A DNA stretch of 63,809 nt, filler included, from Nemertoderma westbladi (taxonomy: Eukaryota > Animalia > Xenacoelomorpha): assembly GCA_032718475.1 (NCBI GenBank). It is 3 parts of 3 records of this genome, joined end to end, with 100 filler letters (N's around TTAATTAATTAA, not from the genome) between each part and the next. Parts side by side here need not be neighbours in the genome. Positions count along the whole stretch, not along the records: positions 1 to 25,160 come from JAUCBJ010005468.1; 2 more parts are not named here. The stretch is one strand, 5' to 3'. Position 1 is the first letter of the stretch; each line of letters starts with the position of its first letter. The position numbers and the translations under genes were made by a program. Positions 1-10,799 of the stretch are shown in pieces. Below the pieces are notes generated by a model. That model ran no database searches and had not been told where the DNA came from. It worked only from the letters and a program-made list of their open reading frames with translations.

Positions 1-220
1 ATACAACAACCTCATTCTGTTGGCCTTGAGACCTTCGGTTGAACCGACCCTTATTATAGGTATAGACTAAAACACTAATTAACAGTCAGCACAAAGCCAT
101 CACTTTAATTAGATACCTAATAATAAAATACAGATACCTCTAACACAAGACCAACATAAGTCGCACTAAGATAACGGTACTGAGGTAGGCCTATCTAAAA
201 GTCCATTTGAATATTATATC

Positions 221-387
221 ACCATCTACGGCTCTACAAACCCTGAAACGGCTGCGTTCCTGAAGGAGGTATGGGAAACCGCCTCCACTCGAGTCACTCT
301 CAGGAGCCATGCTCCGACCAGTTTCTCCTCCAATGCCTCCTCATTGCCATTCTGATCGGCAACAAGGCCTCCATCCTGGGTACCATG
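221..387 (+). mobile_element. 3' end of a CRE-like (restriction-like endonuclease) non-LTR retrotransposon ORF, frameshifted
   Basis: Translates as TIYGSTNPETAAFLKE / GNRL...QEPCSDQFLLQCLLIAILIGNKASILGTM. This matches the CRE-clade C-terminal pattern ET.G..G.EA..FLKELG.RL....EPR...FL.QR.S.AIQRGNAASILGT. Confidence 0.65.
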
Positions 388-936
388 GACCCCGCCCTCT
401 CCAACGGCCTCCATCCTGGGTACCATGGACCCCGCCCTCTCCGACGGCCTCCATCCTGGGTACCATGGATCGGATCCCACCCTCTCCAACAGCCTCCATC
501 CTGGGTACCATGGACCCCGCCCTCTCCGACGGCCTCCATCCTGGGTACCATGGACCCGCTCTCTCCAACGGCCTCCATCCTGGCCCTGGGTACCATGGAC
601 CCCGCCCTCTCCGACGGCCTCCATCCTGGGACCATGGACCCCACTCTTTCCAACGGTCTCCATCCTGGGTACCATGGACCCCGCCCTCTCCGATGGCCTC
701 CATCCTGGGTACCATGGACCCCGCCCTCTCCGATAGCCTCCATCCTGGGTACCATGGACCCCAACCTCTCCGACGGCCTCCATCCTGGGTACCATGGATC
801 CCGCCCTCTCCGACGGCAACCATCCTGGGTACCATAGACCCCGCCCTCTCCGACGGCCTCCATCCTGGGTACTATGGACCCCGCCTTCTCCGACGGCCTC
901 TATCCTGGGTACCATGGACCCCGCCCTCTGCAACGG
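366..936 (+). repeat. 40-bp GC-rich minisatellite, ~14 copies (GGCCTCCATCCTGGGTACCATGGACCCCGCCCTCTCCGAC)
   Basis: Unit start recurs at 366, 406 and onward, with small indel variants. Confidence 0.97.
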
Positions 937-1329
937 AATCGTTATTCTGTACAGCATACCGGTACCCATCACATCTGTACTTCTACCACAAGTTATCGTG
1001 CTATTATTATTTATGATATCAAAGAGACAACACCGGACTCTCATTGTTTTCCTACAACGGCCTCGGCCAAGTTATTAGCACCATCCCAGCATCCCTGTGG
1101 TAGAATGGTGACGCGTAAAACACCAACCCGGTCGGGATCTTCGATCCCGTCCAGCACCATTCATAGAGCATTCCTGATTAGAGAATGCCATTGAAACAAA
1201 ATAGAATGGACCTTAAATGGTAGGCAAGGGATAGATGAAGCCAATGTCGTAACTATTCATTCCAGAACATGTAATTATTTAACTTGATGTGAACCAGTTG
1301 TGGTGGCATAAATCAAGGAGTAACATTAA

Positions 1330-2026
1330 GGGGGGGGGGGGGGGGGGGGGGGGGGGGGTACACCATTTTGGTCCAAAATATGTCGAAATTTTTTTATGGT
1401 CTATTATAATGCACCATTGAAAGGTGTTTCCAAATCTGAAAACCGCTATTTAATAGCTCTTTTAGTTTTCAAGTTATAACAATTTCCATTTAGGGAATCC
1501 TATTGAAATTACTATTACTATGTATAATGAAAGGTCGATTATCTCCAAATATTTTTTTTATGAAATTGTCAAATTCAAAACCCTTCTACTTCTACAATGT
1601 TTAAGCAATTAGTCTGAAAATTTATCTGGGTGTCTAGATAGCCACCCTGCATAAAAGTATCAGACAACTTTTTCGAAATTTTTTGTTAATAAAATTTAAT
1701 CTAAAAATTAGCATAAATTTGCAGCGTCACCTAGCGGTGCAGAATTATTTGCACAAAATTTCGCCTGATAGTTATGTTGCCCCATCTTTGATCTATCATA
1801 TAAAAACCTTTCATGTGATTAGATTCAAAACTGTAAAAGCCTTAGGGTTGTAAGCGCAACCAAGTTATTTTTATTGTTAACTAGTATTAACTAATATTAA
1901 ATAGCGAAAAAAAAAAATTCTGACCTGTCATCTAGAATAGAATCTTAGGCACCTATATGCCAAATTTTAGCCAAAACCAAACAATTTGAAGAGTTGACCG
2001 AAAATGGTGTGCCCCCCCCCCCCCCC
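1330..2026. mobile_element. Non-autonomous DNA transposon (Kolobok-like), ~700 bp
   Basis: TIRs are polyG-TACACCATTTTGGTC and GACCGAAAATGGTGTG-polyC. Flanked by TTAA (1326-1329) and TTGA (2027-2030). Purine-initial terminus with a TTAA-type TSD; no ORF. Confidence 0.7.
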
Positions 2027-2447
2027 TTGAATGTTACCTCGACTGGGCTACCCTTGGGAATTAAGGAAAGGGGGAGAACCTAAATATAGAACCTAATGTT
2101 AGATGTATCAATCTCACAGCGGGGCAACTAGATTGGAAAGTGTTAGCGATACATTCGGCTTCAACTCTATCTGACCTGACGAACGCTATGGGAAACGAAC
2201 ACGGGGGATATTATTAGGTTATTGTTATTTATATTTATGCGACAAAAGAAAATTTAAATATAACTTTTTTACTATTTTCGGGGTATTTTATTTACCGAGC
2301 GCCATAGAGGTTAATAAAGGTTCAAGAGAATATTGGAAAAAAATGTTCTACTTTATTCCCATGTAATACGTAATTTTATTCTTTAATAAGTAGGGCATAC
2401 ATTTTGTTCCTTAATTTTTTAATAAAACATAGAGCGATAGAGTGTTA

Positions 2448-2669
2448 AGGCCATGATACACCACAGGAGCGGCGAGCGGCAGCGGCCGCGGCGAGCGGCC
2501 GATGTGGCGGCGACTCTTAGTATGATACACTACAGGAGCGGCGAGCGGCAGCAGCCATTTGTGGTGTATCATCACCCATAGAAAATAATGTGTTCTATTT
2601 TTAAAAAGTGGCCGCTTGCCGCGGCCGCTCGCCGCTGCCGCTCGCCGCTCCTGTGGTGTATCCTGGCCT
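2448..2669. mobile_element. PIF/Harbinger-type MITE
   Basis: ~40-bp TIRs AGGCCATGATACACCACAGGAGCGGCGAGCGGCAGCGG and its complement. 3-bp TSD TTA at 2445-2447 and 2670-2672. An extra internal copy of the TIR lies at ~2522-2552. Confidence 0.8.
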
Positions 2670-3262
2670 TTAACAAAATAAATTTAACTGCAGTATTTTA
2701 CTATATTGCTTCCATAGTTACTGCATATAATAATACAATTATAATACTCTTCTTGTTTTTCAACTACAACTTCTTCAACTTCAACAATGATTTGCATGAT
2801 TGGTGGAGTGGGAGTGATTGATTTTTAATCCAGATAAAATTATTAGATAACAATAAATGGCACCAAATGAATAACCCTGTTACTAAGCAATGGACTTCAT
2901 TATAAATAATTAATAAAACCCATTATTATTGACTGAAATATTATATAATATATACGGAAGGCCTAACTGAATAATATGTTATAATTTGCCTAAAATAATA
3001 ATGTACTGTATGCATCTTTGGTGCACTCTCTACATTACCCAGGTTCTAATCAGTGAATTCAAAATGTATAAATTTATGTAAATTTAATTGAGAAATTAAA
3101 ATTATATTTTCTATTCATTTATACACAAAATTTACATTTATACGAAGTTTACATCTACCAATTTTGAATCTTTCAAACTTTACACTTCCAAAAATTACAT
3201 TTACTAATTTCAACGCATTTGTTTTCGAATTTCTACTGTAAGTTTCATTTCAAGACATAATG

Positions 3263-3332
3263 CAAACAATTAGGGGTTGAACCGATAGCATAAACACAAT
3301 TAGGGGTTGAACCGATAGCATAAACACAATTA
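3263..3332 (+). repeat. Tandem duplication of ~31 bp (ACAATTAGGGGTTGAACCGATAGCATAAAC)
   Basis: Two adjacent identical copies. Confidence 0.85.
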
Positions 3333-3492
3333 GCTCATCACTTTATTGCTATTTATTATCTTTGTAATTTGTTTGTATACATTTTCTATAGGCCTAAATA
3401 TTAGGTATAAACGACGAGTTTCATTTAATAATAATTTATTTATAAATATTATTATTATTCAATCATTATATCTATTCCTATATTGTATTTAC

Positions 3493-3720
3493 TTAGTATT
3501 TTTCGCAGTCAGCGCTGGTGAATTGGGTGCAGACACTATTACTGGTTGTCTCCTTGTAGCCCTTCTGTTTGTCCAGCCCTGCACCGAGCACCAGATTGTG
3601 TAGATTACAGTAGTTGGTCCCATAATCCAGTACGGCGTACCACGTACGACTGTGCGAATAGGCCGTTAAAGCGCATTGGTTAGTCGCTGAGTCGAACGTA
3701 AACGTAAGGTCATCCACGTA
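3493..3720 (-). CDS. Exon 2 of an uncharacterised secreted cysteine-rich protein
   Basis: Acceptor ttttcAG|TAC GTG GAT GAC. Encodes YVDDLTFTF...TWYAVLDYGTNYCNLHNL...CTQFTSADCEKY, then TAA. Joins exon 1 in phase 0. AATAAA lies downstream on the minus strand. Confidence 0.88.
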   Translation of the reverse strand, partial: YVDDLTFTFDSATNQCALTAYSHSRTWYAVLDYGTNYCNLHNLVLGAGLDKQKGYKETTSNSVCTQFTSADCEKY

Positions 3721-3975
3721 CTGAAAAATAATAAATTATTATAAATACTGAATGTCCGCTAGATGGTATGGCCTACATTTTTCAAAACCCCAAATCAACA
3801 AACTCCCATATGTAGCACAAGTTCAGCTAATAAATACATTGTTTTGTGGTTGAGTGACGGTGTATTTAATACGGAGACCGTTATCATACCACACTATAAT
3901 ATTATAAGATTACGTCAGCGCAACAGCGCAACAGACCGACCCCGCAACGCAAAACCCCCACAATTTGCTTTATAG

Positions 3976-4258
3976 TGAAGTGAAGTGAAGTGAAGTAAAG
4001 TAAAGTTTTCTTTATTTAGCCAGGGATTACGCACAAAGCCTGACAACTGATTTCCAGTGCGGTCCCCCAGAACTTTACTCCCCAGAGGAAACTCCAGTAC
4101 TCAGTTAGCTACCATCTAGGGTTGTAAGGCAGAGATCCCCCCCTGGCGGGTCCCATCAAAGCATTCGTGTCGAAACGAAAACTAACCTGTCCCATGCCAG
4201 GATCGAACCCACGACCTCCGAGAGATGTGAATTCAATGCAACCACTACACCAAGGTGG
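3976..4258 (-). mobile_element. tRNA-derived SINE in the intron
   Basis: On the minus strand: A-box TGGTGTAGTGG (4252-4242), B-box GGTTCGATCC (4209-4200), a LINE-like end CCCTGGCTAAATAAAG and a (CTTTA/CTTCA)n tail. Confidence 0.8.
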
Positions 4259-4450
4259 AACTTATAGGTCATGTAAATCCAAAATTCATCTACACTACTG
4301 TAACAAGATCATTGTAATTCTCCAGCCGGATGACAGCCGGTATGCTGACTACGTTAGCTGACGTCGCAGGAGGCATCCATTGTGCCTGTAGGGTGGTCAT
4401 GGGTTTAGTTAGGCAATGAGATGTTTCCGGTCGTAATAGCAGAATGGGAG

Positions 4451-4680
4451 TGGGGTCAAAGCTTCGACGCGATTAAAATTAATTCCTCTCCAGGTGAAAA
4501 TCGACGCAATTAACAGCTTATTACGCCCAAAAATAAAACTGTAACCTGTTCTATTAACTTTAGTTTATTGTTTTGGTTAAAATAAGGTGCACTGAATCCT
4601 GCTCCTTTTCATAATTGATATTTTAATACTGAAACTAGATATCAATTCGCCGAGATGCGTTTGCTCAAATTAGACCCCTC
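4451..4680. repeat. Dispersed MITE-like repeat; second copy at ~55140-55345
   Basis: Shares CCTCTCCAGG..AAT(T)CGACGCAA.TAACAGC...AAAAATAAAACTGTAA...TTTATTGTTTTGGTTAAAATAA with the 55.15 kb copy. Ends are GGGGTC...GACCCC. Confidence 0.55.
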
Positions 4681-4784
4681 CTCCTCCTGTCTCTGTAAGT
4701 GACAATGCTCACAACTTATGGGGAGCAGTTTATTGTACAGTACAATGTATGTAGGCCTACAGAACATAATGTATGTTTCATTAC

Positions 4785-5045
4785 ATTTTTAACAGGCGTG
4801 GTGTGAGTAGCAACCATCTTGTGTCCGTCATTTGATACAATTTCATACAAACACTTCTCCCCTCCCTTAGCGCAACCTCCAGGCCCTCTCCATGTCTTTA
4901 TTTGCTGTTCCAGCTTGCTATTAACCGTCTTGCAGTCCACTTGCCAATCATACTTTATCGAGCACTGTGCGTGTAACGGGTAGCTGTTAGATATAACTAT
5001 GACAACAGCGAAAATTATTGTTAATTGAATTAATAACCGCATCAT
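4785..5045 (-). CDS. Exon 1 of an uncharacterised secreted cysteine-rich protein (signal peptide)
   Basis: MMRLLIQLTIIFAVVIVISNS has a hydrophobic N-terminus, followed by YPLHAQC...GGEKCLY...ATHTTPVKN. Donor AAT|GTAATG at 4784. The spliced product is 162 aa with 8 Cys. Confidence 0.88.
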
Positions 5046-5261
5046 TGTTGAGAAAATAAATGACAATTCTTTTACCAAAAAAAAACAAGTAAAATTATTT
5101 TCGGTAGAATTAACTGGATAGTGGATAATAGTGGATAATTCTGTGTTTAATGCTGAAGAGCAAAATATATAAATTATTTTATATTACATTGCGAATCTCT
5201 AATTATCTGCTATTTAATTATTTAACAACTCCTTTAAATTTTATAGTCAAGGCGGTTACGC

Positions 5262-8017
5262 TGAGTATTGTTTGAGTTAAGTAATGGTTGAGTTAAGTAT
5301 TGGTTGAGTTAAGTATTGGTTGAGTTAAGTAATGGTTGAGTTAAGTATTGGTTGAGTTAAGTATTGGTTGAGTTAAGTAATGGTTGAGTTAAGTAATGGT
5401 TGAGTTAAGTATTGGTTGCGTTAAGTATTGGTTGAGTTAAGTATTGCTTGCGTTAAGTATATGTTGAGTTAAGTAATGGTTGAGTTAAGTAATGGTTGAG
5501 TTAAGTATGGGTTGAGTTAAGTATAGGTTGAGTTAAGTATTGGTTGAGTTAAGTAATGGTTGAGTTAAGTAATGGTTGAGTTAAGTATGGGTTGAGTTAA
5601 GTATAGGTTGAGTTAAGTATTGGTTGAGTTAAGTATTGGTTGACTTAAGTATTGGTTGAGTTAAGTAATGGTTGAGTTAAGTAATGGTTGAGTTAAGTAT
5701 TGGTTGCGTTAAGTATTGGTTGAGTTAAGTATTGCTTGCGTTAAGTATATGTTGAGTTAAGTAATGGTTGAGTTAAGTAATGGTTGAGTTAAGTATGGGT
5801 TGAGTTAAGTATAGGTTGAGTTAAGTAATGGTTGAGTTAAGTATTGGTTGAGTTAAGTAATGGTTGAGTTAGTATGGGTTGAGTTAAGTATAGGTTGAGT
5901 TAAGTATTGGTTGAGTTAAGTAATGGTTGAGTTAAGTATTGGTTGAGTTAAGTATTGGTTGAGTTAAGTAATGGTTGAGTTAGTATGGGTTGAGTTAAGT
6001 ATAGGTTGAGTTAAGTATTGGTTGAGTTAAGTAATGGTTGAGTTAAGTATTGGTTGAGTTAAGTAATGGTTGAGTTAAGTATTTGTTGAGTTATGTATTG
6101 GTTGAGTTAAGTATTGGTTGAGTTAAGTATTGGTTCAGTTAAGTATTGGTTGCGTTAAGTATTGGTTGAGTTAAGTATTGGTTGAGTTAAGTATGTTGAG
6201 TTAAGTATTGGTTGAGTTAAGTAATGGTTGAGTTAAGTATTGGTTGAGTTAAGTAATGGTTGAGTTAAGTATTTGTTGAGTTATGTATTGGTTGAGTTAA
6301 GTATTGGTTCAGTTAAGTATTGGTTCAGTTAAGTATTGGTTGCGTTAAGTATTGGTTGAGTTAAGTATTGGTTGAGTTAAGTATGTTGAGTTAAGTATTG
6401 GTTGAGTTAAGTAATGGTTGAGTTAAGTAATGGTTGAGTTAAGTATTGGTTGCGTTAAGTATATGTTGAGTTAAGTAATGGTTGAGTTAAGTATTGGTTG
6501 AGTTAAGTATTGGTTGAGTTAAGTATTGGTTGCGTTAAGTATATGTTGAGTTAAGTAATGGTTGAGTTAAATAATGGTTGAGTTAAGTATTGGTTGCGTT
6601 AAGTATTGGTTGAGTTAAGTATTGGTTGCGTTAAGTATATGTTGAGTTAAGTAATGGTTGAGTTAAGTATTGGTTACGTTAAGTATTGGTTGAGTTAAGT
6701 AATGGTTGAGTTAGTATGGGTTGAGTTAAGTATAGGTTGAGTTAAGTATTGGTTGAGTTAAGTAATGGTTGAGTTAAGTATTGGTTGAGTTAAGTATTGG
6801 TTGAGTTAAGTAATGGTTGAGTTAGTATGGGTTGAGTTAAGTATAGGTTGAGTTAAGTATTGGTTGAGTTAAGTAATGGTTGAGTTAAGTATTGGTTGAG
6901 TTAAGTAATGGTTGAGTTAAGTATTTGTTGAGTTATGTATTGGTTGAGTTAAGTATTGGTTGAGTTAAGTATTGGTTCAGTTAAGTATTGGTTGCGTTAA
7001 GTATTGGTTGAGTTAAGTATTGGTTGAGTTAAGTATGTTGAGTTAAGTATTGGTTGAGTTAAGTAATGGTTGAGTTAAGTATTGGTTGAGTTAAGTAATG
7101 GTTGAGTTAAGTATTTGTTGAGTTATGTATTGGTTGAGTTAAGTATTGGTTCAGTTAAGTATTGGTTCAGTTAAGTATTGGTTGCGTTAAGTATTGGTTG
7201 AGTTAAGTATTGGTTGAGTTAAGTATGTTGAGTTAAGTATTGGTTGAGTTAAGTAATGGTTGAGTTAAGTAATGGTTGAGTTAAGTATTGGTTGCGTTAA
7301 GTATATGTTGAGTTAAGTAATGGTTGAGTTAAGTATTGGTTGAGTTAAGTATTGGTTGAGTTAAGTATTGGTTGCGTTAAGTATATGTTGAGTTAAGTAA
7401 TGGTTGAGTTAAATAATGGTTGAGTTAAGTATTGGTTGCGTTAAGTATTGGTTGAGTTAAGTATTGGTTGCGTTAAGTATATGTTGAGTTAAGTAATGGT
7501 TAAGTTAAGTATTGGTTACGTTAAGTATTGGTTGAGTTAAGTATTGCTTGCGTTAAGTATATGTTGAGTTAAGTAATGGTTGATTTAAGTATATGTTGAG
7601 TTAAGTAATGGTTGAGTTAAGTATTGGTTAAGTTAAGTTATGGTTGAGTTAAGTATATGTTGAGTTAAGTAATGGTTGAGTTAAGTATTGGTTGAGTTAA
7701 GTAATGGTTGAGTTAAGTATGGGTTGAGTTAAGTAATGGTTGAGTTAAGTATTGGTTGAGTTAAGTATTGGTTGCGTTAAGTATTGGTTGAGTTAAGTAT
7801 TGGTTGCGTTAAGTATTGGTTGAGTTAAGTATTGGTTGCGTTAAGTAATGGTTGAGTTAAGTATGGGTTGAGTTAAGTATATGTTGAGTTAAGTAATGGT
7901 TGAGTTAAGTATTGTTTGAGTTATGTATTGGTTGAGTTAAGTAATGGTCGAGTTAAGTAATGGTTGAGTTAAGTATTGGTTGAGTTAAGTATTGGTTGCG
8001 TTAAGTATTGGTTGAGT
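5262..8017 (+). repeat. 16-bp minisatellite (GGTTGAGTTAAGTAWT)n, ~170 copies, with an 842-bp higher-order duplication
   Basis: 16-bp period. Rare variants recur at +842: 5866/6708, 5977/6819 and 6672/7514. Confidence 0.98.
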
Positions 8018-8730
8018 ACTGAGTGGTTAACAAATAGTCAGTTTGGTTGAGCCATGAAAAAAAAACCAAATATGTTTGTCCTTGTAATTGGTAATTCTTC
8101 TATAAATTAGTTCAACAAAATGATGAAATTACCTATATTATTTACTTTATAAATTACCTATATTATTTACTTTATAAATTTCAATCCAATCCATTCCATT
8201 GTTTACACAATCTTTCGTTGATGTATGTTTGACCAAGTAGAACTTTGTCACCTGAGATAGACCTAGCTGTACAGAATGTACACTGCGCCAAATGTAAGGT
8301 AGGGCGGGTACGTCCAATGGTGAGAGTAAGAGTAACTGCTGAATGTTAATAAGCATATATAGTCTCTTAATCAAATTGTCACAGTATTGAATAATAGTCT
8401 CTTAATCAATCACTCGATATATGTTTCACATAGTTACGAGATATACAATAACAAGACAAGATATATATAACATTAAGTAGACACTCGGCAATATATAAAT
8501 ATTGAACATAAAAGTGCGGGGTAATAGAGCACTTAAAGAAAACTAAACAACTGTTCTGGCATAAAATACAATGAAAACTAAATAAACAAGGCGGCGTTAA
8601 ACAATCTCGGTAGCCTGTAGTTCCTCCTAGGGGCTAGTCAGATATTTATATACTTAATTAATAAAATGCTCAATTGCTCTGGAAAATAAATTTTATAGGT
8701 TTTACTGACTGACTGACTTTACAATTTTAG

Positions 8731-8794
8731 GATCCGTCACATACTGTGGTATTGAGGCAACGGCAAACATCTGTGGAACATTTATCCATGTGGA
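8731..8794 (+). repeat. 64-bp direct repeat, copy 1 (copy 2 at 16178-16241)
   Basis: GATCCGTCACATACTGTGG...TTTATCCATGTGGA is identical at both sites, and both copies are preceded by TACAATTTT. Confidence 0.9.
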
Positions 8795-9002
8795 ACACCA
8801 TACAAGTAATCACTAAACTTCGACAGCAACTTACCGATGTTCAAGCGAAAACCTGAACGATTGAGGAGTGCATAACTAAGAACGGACCAACGGAATCTTG
8901 CAGTGACGACGACGACGTCGATGATGACGTTAACAATATTTTAATGGATTAACGGGTTAACACGGATTTTCATGGGCATCAGTAGTTTCACGACGGAAGA
9001 AA

Positions 9003-9400
9003 ATGGTTACCGGAAGTAACGCCGTTGGAACGAGAAATGTATCTGTTCTCGCACGCGAAGTACGAAATAAAGTACAACTTCAAACTGAAAAGAAGAACAA
9101 CCTTGTCGTTAGTGGAGTTCCTTCTTCTAGCCAGTCAACTTCAACAAGGATGTTATCATTGAGATTGCCCGTGATGGCGGAGTTGAAATACCACCAGATG
9201 GAATTAAGACCAAATGGATTAGTAAATCTACCCGAAACACAACCAGTGAGAACAGTTCATTCAAGATTGTCGTCTCTCTCGATCCGGAAAAAAGAAGAGC
9301 ATTACTGCGAGCTTCGAAGAAACTCCGGGAATCTTCTCGGTTTAGCACTGTTTTTGTCAATCCTGACTACACTCCAGCTGAAGAGAGTGCGTTGATCCAC
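9003..9400 (+). pseudogene. ORF1 remnant of an L2/CR1-group LINE
   Basis: EKKNNLVVSGVP and, in a shifted frame, RRALLRASKKLRESSRFSTVFVNPDYTPAEE. These are typical CR1/L2-group ORF1 motifs. Frameshifted. Confidence 0.7.
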
Positions 9401-9567
9401 GTGATGCTTCGAAGAAGCGATCGGACCAACCTTCTAAATCCTGGATTATTCAACGCTGTGAAGTCGTTGAACGACACCATACCAGCTCTCCTGTTTCGAG
9501 TGTACTTGTCGAACAATTAGACTGACTAACTTGACCAAAATCTCTGTAAACCTTGAGTTGAGTTGAG

Positions 9568-10799
9568 TTGCTGCCACTGTGTCTTTACCCCTGGTATTAA
9601 CTGCCACTGTGTCTGTACCCCTGGAATCAACTGCCACTGTGTCTGTACACCCGGAATTAACTGCCACTGTGTCTGTACACCCGGAATTAACTGCCACTGT
9701 ATCTGTACCCCCGTAATTAACTGTCATTGTGTCTGTACCCCCAGAATTATCTGCCACTGTGTCTGTACTTCCGGAATTAACTGCCACTGTGTCTGTTCCC
9801 TCGAATTATCTACCACAGTGTCTGTACCCCTGGTATTAACTGCCACTGTGTCTGTACCCCTGGAATCAACTGCCACTGTGTCTGTACACCCGGAATTAAC
9901 TGCCACTGTATCTGTACCCCCGGAATTAACTGTCACTGTGTCTGTACCCCTGGAATTAACTGTCACTGTGTCTGTACCCCCGGAATTAACTGCCACTGTG
10001 TCTGTACACCCGGAATTAACTGCCACTGTGTATGTACACCCGGAATTAACTGTCACTGTGTCCATACCCCTGGAATTAACTGCCTCTGTGTCTGTACCCC
10101 CGGAATTAACTGCCACTGTGTCTGTACCCCCGGAATTAACTGCCTCTGTGTCTGTATCTCCGGAATTAACTGCCACTGTGTCTGTACACCCGGAATTAAC
10201 TGTCACTGTGTCTGTACCCCCGGAATTAACTGCCTCTGTGTCTGTACCCCTGGAATTAACTGCCACTGTATCTGTACCCCCGGAATTAACTGCCACTGCG
10301 TCTGTACACCCGGAATTAACTGTCACTGTGTCCGTACCCCCAGAATTATCTGCCACTGTGTCCATACCCCTGGAATTAACTGCCTCTGTGTCTGTACCCC
10401 CGGAATTAACTGCCACTGTGTCTGTACCCCCGGAATTATCTACCACAGTGTCTGTACCCCTGGTATTAACTGCCACTGTGTCTGTACCCCCGGAATTAAC
10501 TGCCTCTGTGTCTGTACTCCTGGAATCAACTGCCACTGTGTCTGTACACCCGGAATTAACTGCCACTGTATCTGTACCCCCGGAATTAACTGTCACTGTG
10601 TCCATACCCCTGGAATTAACTGCCTCTGTGTCTGTACCCCCGGAATTAACTGCCACTGTGTCTGTACCCCCGGAATTAACTGCCTCTGTGTCTGTATCTC
10701 CGGAATTAACTGCCACTGTGTCTGTACACCCGGAATCAACTGCCAATGTGTCTGTTCCTCCGAAATTAACTGACACTGCGTCTGTACCCCTGGAATTAA
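9568..10799 (+). repeat. 30-bp minisatellite (CTGCCACTGTGTCTGTACCCCCGGAATTAA)n, ~41 copies
   Basis: 30-bp period. Reads (TATVSVPPEL)n in frame with the downstream L2 endonuclease start. Confidence 0.97.

Noticed and set aside
226-1078. Overlapping 100-270 aa ORFs on both strands
   Set aside because: Produced by the 40-bp repeat; only the CRE-like prefix has protein-like motifs.
5262-8017. Telomeric repeat
   Set aside because: G/T-biased, but a 16-bp unit without TTAGGG/TTAGG, and internal with unique flanks.
8147-8374. Possible additional upstream exon of the secreted-protein gene
   Set aside because: No recognisable motif, and the gene already has ATG plus a signal peptide at 5045.
9446-10776. 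Minus-strand (AVNSGGTDTV)n ORF resembling an adhesin or ice-binding repeat, and the plus-strand Cys-rich CHCVC ORF start
   Set aside because: Alternative readings of the 30-bp minisatellite embedded in a decayed L2. No signal peptide or splice evidence.
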